This document shows, one piece after another, positions 8,476-16,368 of a stretch of DNA of 64,000 nt; the first letter of the stretch is position 1; every line of letters starts with the position of its first letter. The DNA lies in IMG/VR virus record IMGVR_UViG_3300001681_000071, positions 15,173-79,172 of that record; one strand, given 5' to 3'. Below the pieces are notes generated by a model. It was not told the origin of the DNA. It saw only the letters and a program-made list of their open reading frames with translations, and ran no database searches. Source of the stretch: a virus. The position numbers were made by a program, and so were the translations under genes.

Positions 8476-9348
8476 ATGGAAAGGACGATAAGAATTGGCT
8501 CATTGTTTTCTGGTATTGGGGGGATTGAGCTTGGGTTAGAGTATGGTATTCAAAACTCTATAACTATTTGGCAAGTCGAGTCGAACGAATTTTGTCGCCA
8601 GGTGCTAAAGCGGCACTGGCCCAAGTCAAAAATCTATAACGATGTAAAGAAGGTAGGAAAACATAACTTAGAGCCTGTAGACATTATTTGTGGTGGCTTT
8701 CCGTGCCAAGATATTTCAATAGCCGGGAAAAGAGAGGGGATAAATGACGGTGCCAAATCGAGTCTTTGGTGGGAAATGTGGCGGGTTGTTAGCGAGCTAC
8801 GACCCCGAATCGTCGTCATTGAGAATGTCTCAGCTATCACTTTTTCCGATGGCGGGGGATGGGAGTTACTACATTCCCTTGCCCAAATCGGGTACTCTTG
8901 CGAATGGATTGATTTACGAGCAAGTGATCCCCCGTTCAACGCGCCACACGAACGAGAACGCATATTCTTTGTTGCCTACACCGACACCAGCACTGAATAT
9001 GACCTCTCCTTCAATGATGAAACACCAAGGGCATCAGAACTTTCGTGCGCTATTGCCGACACCAACAACGAACGATTGCAAAAACACACCGGGCGGTGTA
9101 GCCCAATGGGAAAGGCACAGCAGCTTAAATATAGAAGCCGCGAAGATGGCGGGACGAACAAAGACGACAATTGGAAAGGATTTCCGATTGAACCCCCGCT
9201 TTGTCGAAGAGATGATGGGATTTCCGATAGGGTGGACAGACTTAGAGCGTTAGGGAACTCAGTTGTTCCGGCATGTAGTAGGTGGATTGGTAAGCGAATA
9301 CAAGAGTCAGGTCTTTTAAGGAGAAGAGATGCATCAACACTTCCATAA
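8476..9348 (+). CDS. DNA cytosine-C5 methyltransferase, large polypeptide lacking motif IX
   Basis: motif I LFSGIGG, IV GGFPCQD, VI IENV, VIII RERIF, X LGNSVV. Confidence 0.92.
   Translation: MERTIRIGSLFSGIGGIELGLEYGIQNSITIWQVESNEFCRQVLKRHWPKSKIYNDVKKVGKHNLEPVDIICGGFPCQDISIAGKREGINDGAKSSLWWEMWRVVSELRPRIVVIENVSAITFSDGGGWELLHSLAQIGYSCEWIDLRASDPPFNAPHERERIFFVAYTDTSTEYDLSFNDETPRASELSCAIADTNNERLQKHTGRCSPMGKAQQLKYRSREDGGTNKDDNWKGFPIEPPLCRRDDGISDRVDRLRALGNSVVPACSRWIGKRIQESGLLRRRDASTLP
8744..9253 (+). CDS. internal +1-frame polypeptide carrying C5-MTase motif IX (putative beta subunit)
   Basis: 169-aa ORF nested in the MTase; GAGGGG SD just upstream of ATG 8744; ends RLNPRFVEEMMGFPIGWTDL. Confidence 0.75.
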   Translation: MTVPNRVFGGKCGGLLASYDPESSSLRMSQLSLFPMAGDGSYYIPLPKSGTLANGLIYEQVIPRSTRHTNENAYSLLPTPTPALNMTSPSMMKHQGHQNFRALLPTPTTNDCKNTPGGVAQWERHSSLNIEAAKMAGRTKTTIGKDFRLNPRFVEEMMGFPIGWTDLER

Positions 9349-9877
9349 AAATTTAAACGTTAAGAATATATTGTCACGATATAAACCATCGACAATTGTA
9401 GAACTTGGTGGGCTTAATGGAGCCAATACTTTACAGTTACTCACGATGGGCAAAGTCATCACTATAAGTGATAATAAGATGCCCGATAAGCTCTCTCCTT
9501 TCGTTAAGAAAGGCGAACTAAAATGGATACAAGCACTATCGTTTAACGCTCTCAAATCATTTGCTGATGGCTCTATTGAATTCGCTAGTGTTGACACTGA
9601 CCACAATTACACCACTCTAAAGTTAGAACTTATAGAATTAAAAAGAGCAATGAAGAAAGATGGTGTTGTTGTTTTACATGATGTTGAAACCTTTAAGAAT
9701 AGAAACAACCAACATTATACTCTTGAATATGCCAACGGAGAGCCATATAACTTTGCTCTAATGACACAAGGCCATAGCTACACAGCGGCTTTGACAGAAG
9801 AAATACAAGAGGGCGAATGGAAACTGTTGGATTGGTCAGAAGCGAGCAACGGAGCAGCGGCTATTATCAAAACTTAG
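9329..9877 (+). CDS. class I SAM-dependent methyltransferase (Methyltransf_24-like)
   Basis: IVELGGLNG, IEFASVDTDHNY, GVVVLHD. Confidence 0.75.
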   Translation: MHQHFHKNLNVKNILSRYKPSTIVELGGLNGANTLQLLTMGKVITISDNKMPDKLSPFVKKGELKWIQALSFNALKSFADGSIEFASVDTDHNYTTLKLELIELKRAMKKDGVVVLHDVETFKNRNNQHYTLEYANGEPYNFALMTQGHSYTAALTEEIQEGEWKLLDWSEASNGAAAIIKT

Positions 9878-9878
9878 G

Positions 9879-10349
9879 TTACCTCTCCATCGCAGAGAAG
9901 CGAGGTGTTCTTCTTTTTTCATCGAAGATCAATAGACAAGAAGGAGCCGGTGCTGAATTTGGTGCCTTTTGAAATTTGATACGTCCCCTCACAAGCCTAA
10001 TTTCAGCCGCCCTCATAGCCCAATCGTGCCACCACTTGGTGTCTGTACGGGCAAATGTCAAGCAAACCACCGTACAGCCTTTGGTACTCTCCCAATACGA
10101 TTTCTCAATCCATTTGCCCACTTCTCTCCCGTAAGGAGGGTTGAGCCACACTGCCTCTCCGCGAGAAATTTTATGCCATGGCAAACTCAAAGCATTCCGG
10201 GTCAGGTATAGAACACATTTATGGTTCTCAGCAGAGGCAGCAGCGTCCAATACAAAATTGAATTCATCATTGATCTTATTAAAGAAAGACCACGGAGTTC
10301 CCCAATCTTGTTTTTTGCTACTGAACAGTTTATCCTCGGACCAACTCAT
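9879..10349 (-). CDS. phage Dam-type DNA N6-adenine methyltransferase
   Basis: DWGTP, LDAAAS, WLNPPYG, ARTDTKWWH, GRIKF. Confidence 0.9.
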   Translation of the reverse strand: MSWSEDKLFSSKKQDWGTPWSFFNKINDEFNFVLDAAASAENHKCVLYLTRNALSLPWHKISRGEAVWLNPPYGREVGKWIEKSYWESTKGCTVVCLTFARTDTKWWHDWAMRAAEIRLVRGRIKFQKAPNSAPAPSCLLIFDEKRRTPRFSAMER

Positions 10350-10678
10350 ATTACTCCCACTTAACTTTCAGTCCTGGTCGCCATGCTGGTTCCCATGGAA
10401 GTCTCCAATCTCTTTGTATCTCCCCTGATTGCTTTTCCGGCTTATGTTTGGGTTCTTCCTTCTGCGCGATCTCCGCCTGAGTTACCTTTTTTTCCTTTTT
10501 CATTTTCATTCCTTATAGAGTATTTGGTTTAACCATAAATGCTCAACGCCCAGGCGATGGCCTACGCGAACTTGGCTTATTATATTTATAGGTGAAATAC
10601 ACCCATGCCTTTAGAGGCTGAAGTGGGGCGGAGCGTAGAATTTTCTGGGCCATAAAATATCACTGGTTTATAGATTGT

Positions 10679-11629
10679 TTAGAAGAAGTTGTCTGCGTAG
10701 TCGGCTATTATTCCAAAATCTCTGAATAGTTTGCACCTATCAAGGTCTATGCCAACAATCCTTCCATTTAATTCTGACAAGTATTCTCTGCCAAATACAG
10801 CCTGTCTTGCCCTGTAAAGCACACCAAAGCTTTCACCTGTCTGAGACACCACCTTTTGTATCCTCATGTGCATACGGTCTATGTCTCGACCCACGTAGTA
10901 TCTTCCTTTCTTCAATCCATGGAAGTCACACAGCAAACTCTCTGTTATTGCCATATCTACGCCTAATCTTGCGTATTCTGGGTACTCAACTACACTCATT
11001 GATAGCTGTTTATGTATCCATCTGGCATATTCTTCCAAAACAACGCTTGGCGATGAGTTTGCCATACCAGTAATGTCGCATACTCCCCTCCTTGGGCCAG
11101 AGGCTTCGTCTATTTCCATGGTGGATGGTATTACATCGAAAACGTTAACCTTATGAAACATATCGGCAGATGTATAAGCAGCCCATCTGCCATTACCCCA
11201 CACAGTTCTCAGATTGTTAAGAAGTGTTTTCCAATTGTCTTCTTTGGAATTGGTAAAGTCCTTCGTAAGATATTCTTTAGCACCACCGTTCTTAGATAAT
11301 TCAACCAAGCTATTTATATGTTTCGTAACACTGGTTGTTATAAGATTTCTGCGCTGTTTGCCTATATGAAGCTTATCGTAGTCCTCTGGTATACGTGTTG
11401 GATAAGGGTAGCGGAGGAACGTATAATAGGCAGAAGCCGGATTATAGAAGGCCATATAAAGAAATGATAACCACACTGCCTGTTCTGGATCCAGCCCTTT
11501 CTGTACCTCTATTAAAAGACCATGGAACGGATCATAGTCCTTTGTTTTCAACTGCTTTCTCGCAAAGTCGTTAAAGTAAAACCACGTATCCGACTTTTTT
11601 ACGCTGTCTGGATTTATGGTAGTTATCAT
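10679..11629 (-). CDS. amino acid:DNA transferase / aGPT-PPlase (clade 2-like), base hypermodification
   Basis: DYDP, WLSFLYMAFYN, QRR, HhH-like WGNGRWAAY..AD, SGPRRG, ESLLCDF, GRYYVGRDID. Confidence 0.8.
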   Translation of the reverse strand: MITTINPDSVKKSDTWFYFNDFARKQLKTKDYDPFHGLLIEVQKGLDPEQAVWLSFLYMAFYNPASAYYTFLRYPYPTRIPEDYDKLHIGKQRRNLITTSVTKHINSLVELSKNGGAKEYLTKDFTNSKEDNWKTLLNNLRTVWGNGRWAAYTSADMFHKVNVFDVIPSTMEIDEASGPRRGVCDITGMANSSPSVVLEEYARWIHKQLSMSVVEYPEYARLGVDMAITESLLCDFHGLKKGRYYVGRDIDRMHMRIQKVVSQTGESFGVLYRARQAVFGREYLSELNGRIVGIDLDRCKLFRDFGIIADYADNFF

Positions 11630-12531
11630 TCTTTTCCCATTGGTTCTCTACATATTGGAAGAGTTAGACAAGCAAAACCACCCCCTAATTTCCTTATCTC
11701 GTTCATTTTGCTTTTATAAACTACTATTCCATTGTCTTCTAATATAGACTCGGTTTCAGGACAGTCATCTGGCATCAAAACAGAGTTTGGCGAAAGTGTA
11801 ATCCAATTCATGGATAGTTTCTCGTTGACCTCCTTGCTCGGTTTTAGATGTATAATCTCACCCGACCACTTAAAATTCTCTGTATCACTTCTGGTAAATA
11901 ATCGTGTCCCAACAATGCGGTTTCCACCAAGTAAATGTTGTGGAATAGATGGGCCGAACTTATCAACATACTGCACTATACATCGTGTCTCATGGGACCA
12001 GAATTCAATTGCCTTTTTCTGGCTTCTGCCACCACAAGCAACACTAAAGGAGCCATCATTCATTATTAAGATGTCAGAAGCCTCAACAAAACCAATCATC
12101 AGTTTCATTGGAGAAGAATAATTACACCGAAACCACTTCATAATATAGTCAGCTTCACTACTCCTATGGGCTAACCCAGAGCGTGTAACATAAATCACAT
12201 CACCAACTATTTTCGCCATATCGCGAACAAACATTGAGTCAATGCTTTTACCACTACAAGCCTCATTTATATCCAAAACCTCTACTCCCAGACCCCGTAG
12301 CTTGGAAGTTAAAGAATCGAATTCCGTCAGTAATGTGTCATGGTTTGGAAGCTTAATCCAAGATGGCGGAGGCAAAGATGGCGGAGGCAAAGATGTACGT
12401 GAAGATAGAGTCATACGTGTATGCGAAAACACTTCTGCATGAAATTTCAGATTGGTTGGGCGATTGACCAACACCGTAAACAGGTTCCCTGTTTCGTTTG
12501 TAATAAATGCACGCTTTTTATGTCCAATCAT
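11626..12531 (-). CDS. amidinotransferase / arginine deiminase / DDAH (pentein) family enzyme
   Basis: VLVNRP, MFVRD, EASD (EGGD-like), HLL, C-terminal GGGFACLT with catalytic Cys. Confidence 0.8.
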   Translation of the reverse strand: MIGHKKRAFITNETGNLFTVLVNRPTNLKFHAEVFSHTRMTLSSRTSLPPPSLPPPSWIKLPNHDTLLTEFDSLTSKLRGLGVEVLDINEACSGKSIDSMFVRDMAKIVGDVIYVTRSGLAHRSSEADYIMKWFRCNYSSPMKLMIGFVEASDILIMNDGSFSVACGGRSQKKAIEFWSHETRCIVQYVDKFGPSIPQHLLGGNRIVGTRLFTRSDTENFKWSGEIIHLKPSKEVNEKLSMNWITLSPNSVLMPDDCPETESILEDNGIVVYKSKMNEIRKLGGGFACLTLPICREPMGKE

Positions 12532-13615
12532 TTGAAGTCATCGGATATAAAAGCTGTTTCATAATCGTTCGTATTCTTTCTTTTTTTGCGAAAAGTAGTA
12601 TTTCCTCTTTTCTTTTGTGCCATCTATACTTCTTAGGGGAACTTGTTGCCATAGTGAGTTTAAGATCAATCGGATGCGGGGGCTCTATACCAATGTCCCT
12701 GCAAATCGTATGAATCATTCTTTGGGGATGGGCTACAACTTCTTCAAACTTATAAGATAATGATATATTATATTTAAGTGCCATCGAATGTGCGTTTGCC
12801 CACTGGTTCAAACAAACCTCGATCAGCCTTTTGTTTTTGTCGTCATACCAGCCTGGGTAAAGGTCAAAACACCACCAATTATAATAATTGTAATTCTTAA
12901 TATTAAGCCCTCCGACCTTGTAAGCAAAAAAGGCCCTTTTGTGCAACCATCCATCCATAAGTCCATTAACAGTAGCCGCAAAAGAACGTTTGAGATGTAT
13001 ATATTGAATCTCGCTAACGGGGAATAGTTCTTTAAATAAGCTTGGCCTATACACATTTTGCGGTGTTTTAAAGATGATGACCTTGCCACTTAAAGACAAT
13101 GGATAAGAACATGCTGTTGGCATGACAAATGGCGGTTCTTCCAGTATCACCTTGTGTTTTTGTGCTTCGCGGTCTTCCAATTTTCCATCGTACCAACTTT
13201 GGTCTACATCTTCAAATCTTGCCGTATCCTTGCCAGGCCATTGTAGTATCTTTCTTATGTGTATAGAATTTATAAGATGAGACTCTACACTAATATGCTT
13301 GTGACAAAGTTCTCCGCGCACAAGCGTTTTCAATTCTAATATATTATCAATTTTATCTAGTCTGTTCCCGCACAAGTAATCCTCATTCACAGCATTGCCA
13401 GTTAGCTTTAAATAAGGCTCTATCTCGCCTTGTAGGCTCACTACACTTGGGCTTCTGCTCAATACATCGAATAAACAACTACTCCCACTCCTTGAGGCCG
13501 TAAGAATTACAACTACTTTCTTTGGTTCGCCTATTGGGGAGTTGAGCAGTTTTCGGATATTGTTTTTTGCTGCCCCTATTTGATGATCATTCGGTTTCAA
13601 CAATAGTTCTGGCAT
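12518..13615 (-). CDS. PAPS-dependent sulfotransferase family protein
   Basis: 5'-PSB loop ILTASRSGSSCL, FKTP, 3'-PB IHLKRSFAATVNG, YKFEEVV..P. Confidence 0.8.
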   Translation of the reverse strand: MPELLLKPNDHQIGAAKNNIRKLLNSPIGEPKKVVVILTASRSGSSCLFDVLSRSPSVVSLQGEIEPYLKLTGNAVNEDYLCGNRLDKIDNILELKTLVRGELCHKHISVESHLINSIHIRKILQWPGKDTARFEDVDQSWYDGKLEDREAQKHKVILEEPPFVMPTACSYPLSLSGKVIIFKTPQNVYRPSLFKELFPVSEIQYIHLKRSFAATVNGLMDGWLHKRAFFAYKVGGLNIKNYNYYNWWCFDLYPGWYDDKNKRLIEVCLNQWANAHSMALKYNISLSYKFEEVVAHPQRMIHTICRDIGIEPPHPIDLKLTMATSSPKKYRWHKRKEEILLFAKKERIRTIMKQLLYPMTSNDWT

Positions 13616-14141
13616 TTGTATTGATCCAATCTATTACTATCTCTGAAAGGGCTTTGGGGCTTTGCTTGCCATCTAAAATCAAACGGTCTCTATTCTTAAA
13701 CATGTTAAAAAAGTTCTTTGCCTTTGTCTCCCTTCCCTTTAACCAATTTGCATTTTGATTGGACCCACGTTCTTTCCTACGTTCCACAAGAACATCATTT
13801 GGCAAATCTATCAATATACAAAAGCACCCGTCAGCGAATTCATTAACATATTCAAGACAGTATTTTGTAGAGAACCTATCGCCATCAAATATGGTGACAG
13901 AGTATTTTTCATTAGCCAGAAGAAAGCTACTCCAATACTGCAAAGACTCTTTGAAGGCATTGTATGGAACGGTATCGCCACCATCGAACGTCTTCCCCAA
14001 GTAATGACCAGACAGTATGATGTTGTTTGTAAGGGTCCACTTTGGCTTAACTACAAACTCTGTATCGAATGGGTCAATATAGTTTCTTAGCATGGTTGTT
14101 TTTCCACAACCAGGAGAACCAACAACCCAAACTCCTATCAC
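13587..14141 (-). CDS. P-loop nucleotide kinase, putative hydroxymethylpyrimidine-DNA kinase
   Basis: Walker A GSPGCGKTT, GHY..TFDGGD, FDGDRF, lid ERRKERGSNQ..WLKGRETK; in the same operon as the aGPT-PPlase. Confidence 0.75.
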   Translation of the reverse strand: MIGVWVVGSPGCGKTTMLRNYIDPFDTEFVVKPKWTLTNNIILSGHYLGKTFDGGDTVPYNAFKESLQYWSSFLLANEKYSVTIFDGDRFSTKYCLEYVNEFADGCFCILIDLPNDVLVERRKERGSNQNANWLKGRETKAKNFFNMFKNRDRLILDGKQSPKALSEIVIDWINTNARTIVETE

Positions 14142-15067
14142 AATGACTCCAGCTTTCTGGTGTTGTATTTCTTGGCCCTTTTAAGCTCCTCTTCTGGGGA
14201 TAAGCAGCCAAGGATACGGTTTCTAAGATACATAACTACGCTAACTCGATACCAATCCTTATTCTTTTTTCCTTCGGCTTTTGGAGGAATATTGCCGTGC
14301 CATACAGCAGGGTTAAAAAGTATAAAATCGCCATGCCGCATATTTACAGCCAAGCTAAATTCTGGAAGGACCAATTCAAATCCAGAATAATCTCCGTGTC
14401 TCATGGCAAACATGCAACCAAAACCTTCTTTAAGGTCGCCACTGTCTTGATGATAAGCAGCACACACCGTATTATTGACGGAGATTGTTGAAAATGGTGT
14501 GCCAGGTACTACCCAAGCTGGATGAGCTTTGTTTGCAAATTCTGTTTGTATCTCATGGAAGTTTGGCAGCAAAGACTTATAGATCCGCGAACACTTCCGC
14601 AAGTGTTTGGCAATTTTTGCCCATTCCTCTGGGTGGTCGCGTGTATACGTTGTTGCTCTACAATATGGGAAGCGACCTCCAACGCTCTCATAAAATCCAC
14701 CTATAGAGCTGTAGACGGAGACCATTCTGCCATTTTCATCTAATGATCTCTCTGATTTAGATAATGTGCCATCCTTTTTGATTACCCGACTTTGCTTGTA
14801 TCCGGCATATGCCGCCCTTGCATCTGATGGGTATCTCATAAATTCCCTATATGGCTTTCTCACTTCTTCCAGTTCTTCGTCAGTGAAACATCCACGCCTC
14901 ATAAGTATAATGGGTATACCATTGCTGCTATATACATCACAATTGCCGTCTATTATTAGACCATAATGGTTAGGTCTTGGATGGGTAGATTTCCAAGGCT
15001 CTATCTTTTCAGCCGATACTTTCGACCTTACCACTATCTTCATTGTTTTCATTATCATCACCACCAA
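14138..15067 (-). CDS. TET/JBP-family 2-oxoglutarate-Fe(II) dioxygenase
   Basis: GTPFSTISVN, HQD (HxD), LVLPE, GDFILF, WHGN, RVSVVMY; true start probably an ATG at 15058-15043. Confidence 0.88.
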   Translation of the reverse strand: MVVMIMKTMKIVVRSKVSAEKIEPWKSTHPRPNHYGLIIDGNCDVYSSNGIPIILMRRGCFTDEELEEVRKPYREFMRYPSDARAAYAGYKQSRVIKKDGTLSKSERSLDENGRMVSVYSSIGGFYESVGGRFPYCRATTYTRDHPEEWAKIAKHLRKCSRIYKSLLPNFHEIQTEFANKAHPAWVVPGTPFSTISVNNTVCAAYHQDSGDLKEGFGCMFAMRHGDYSGFELVLPEFSLAVNMRHGDFILFNPAVWHGNIPPKAEGKKNKDWYRVSVVMYLRNRILGCLSPEEELKRAKKYNTRKLESL

Positions 15068-15791
15068 GACGCTTGTACTCTGCCATTACCGCTTCATAAA
15101 CTGTATCTGGCATATTATCCGTGTCATATGCGTATGATAACGACTTACAAGCCATCTTGAATTTTTGGCACTTCTCGTTTTCAAATATAAGCTGAATCAT
15201 TCTGGAAGTAGAAATAGTTGGATTATCTATCGTGATTACATCTTCGGCAATTGCGTCTTCATCTCCAGAATCCCAGACATTAGTAACGGTAGAATTTTCT
15301 GTTCTTCCACCAGCACCAGCATTGGCATCATTGCCACTATACTTTTCATCGGGAGGAGCAAAGAAGTCTAAGGAGTCGTCTATTCCCCCAAAGGAATTGA
15401 TCAAATCATCCATTTCACTACCAGTGAAGCCAAGCATCGTTGGATCAAAATCTGCAAGTTTGGCTAACTCTTCTAAGTGGTGTGCAAGCATAGCCTCATC
15501 CCATCCGGACAGTTCTCCAGAACGATTGAGCCTAATAGATAATTTTCTTGCTACCTCATCGGATACGTCCAAATAAACTATATTTGTTGTTTCGTATCCG
15601 AGTTCCTTTAAAACCTTTAGCCTTGCATTCCCAGCAATAACCATTTGGGTTGTTTTCTGAACAATTAACGGCTCTACCTGCCCATGATCTTCAATGCTAT
15701 CTCGTATAGCTGCATAGTTTTGTTCATTGTGTTTTCTTGGGTTTTGCGGATCATAGACAAGTAAATCAACTTCAACTTCGGCATATTCCAT
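15009..15791 (-). CDS. ParB/Srx N-terminal domain protein
   Basis: NPRKH, SIEDHGQVEPLIV, VIAGNARL, LSIRLNR..WD. Confidence 0.85.
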   Translation of the reverse strand: MEYAEVEVDLLVYDPQNPRKHNEQNYAAIRDSIEDHGQVEPLIVQKTTQMVIAGNARLKVLKELGYETTNIVYLDVSDEVARKLSIRLNRSGELSGWDEAMLAHHLEELAKLADFDPTMLGFTGSEMDDLINSFGGIDDSLDFFAPPDEKYSGNDANAGAGGRTENSTVTNVWDSGDEDAIAEDVITIDNPTISTSRMIQLIFENEKCQKFKMACKSLSYAYDTDNMPDTVYEAVMAEYKRLGGDDNENNEDSGKVESIG

Positions 15792-15800
15792 CTTTAAACC

Positions 15801-16067
15801 TCACAAGTTTCTAATTATCATATATGCTAATTCCGAGATCAACACGAATAGAAATACAAGTATTATCCTGGGATAGAACAAATAATCAGAATTTTCTTCT
15901 TCGGGAGGTGGAGACATAATCAATAAAAGGTAAGGGGTATCATTATCGGAAACAGGGACAGATGAAATTATCATCCATTTCTTTTCTAATAAAGACAAAA
16001 GCTGTGGTTGGTTTATAGACTGTTCCAAATTCAACAGGTCTATCCTAATTATAGCGTTGGTAGCCAA
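15801..16067 (-). CDS. hypothetical membrane protein
   Basis: C-terminal hydrophobic segment. Confidence 0.45.
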   Translation of the reverse strand: MATNAIIRIDLLNLEQSINQPQLLSLLEKKWMIISSVPVSDNDTPYLLLIMSPPPEEENSDYLFYPRIILVFLFVLISELAYMIIRNL

Positions 16068-16114
16068 TAGTGACCTCCATGACTTACTGAATTAGTATAA
16101 CTACTTATTATTTT

Positions 16115-16360
16115 TTATCCACTTTTTGGGTATACAGCCGTACAATCCTTCCCAATACAAAACATTCGATGCTGTCCTTCTGCATCTAATACTATCCATC
16201 TCTCTGTATGTATACTATGTCGCATAGTCTCATCAATGCACAGTTTCATAGCATCATCAAGCGATGATGAAGGAACCACAGTGTATAAAGATCCTTTCTT
16301 GATTGTAAGATACTTCCCTTTGTTGTTGAACAAACAGTCTTTTATGATTTCATACTTCAT
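16115..16360 (-). CDS. hypothetical protein
   Basis: 81-aa ORF directly after the primase-helicase. Confidence 0.5.
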   Translation of the reverse strand: MKYEIIKDCLFNNKGKYLTIKKGSLYTVVPSSSLDDAMKLCIDETMRHSIHTERWIVLDAEGQHRMFCIGKDCTAVYPKSG

Positions 16361-16368
16361 GTGCCACC

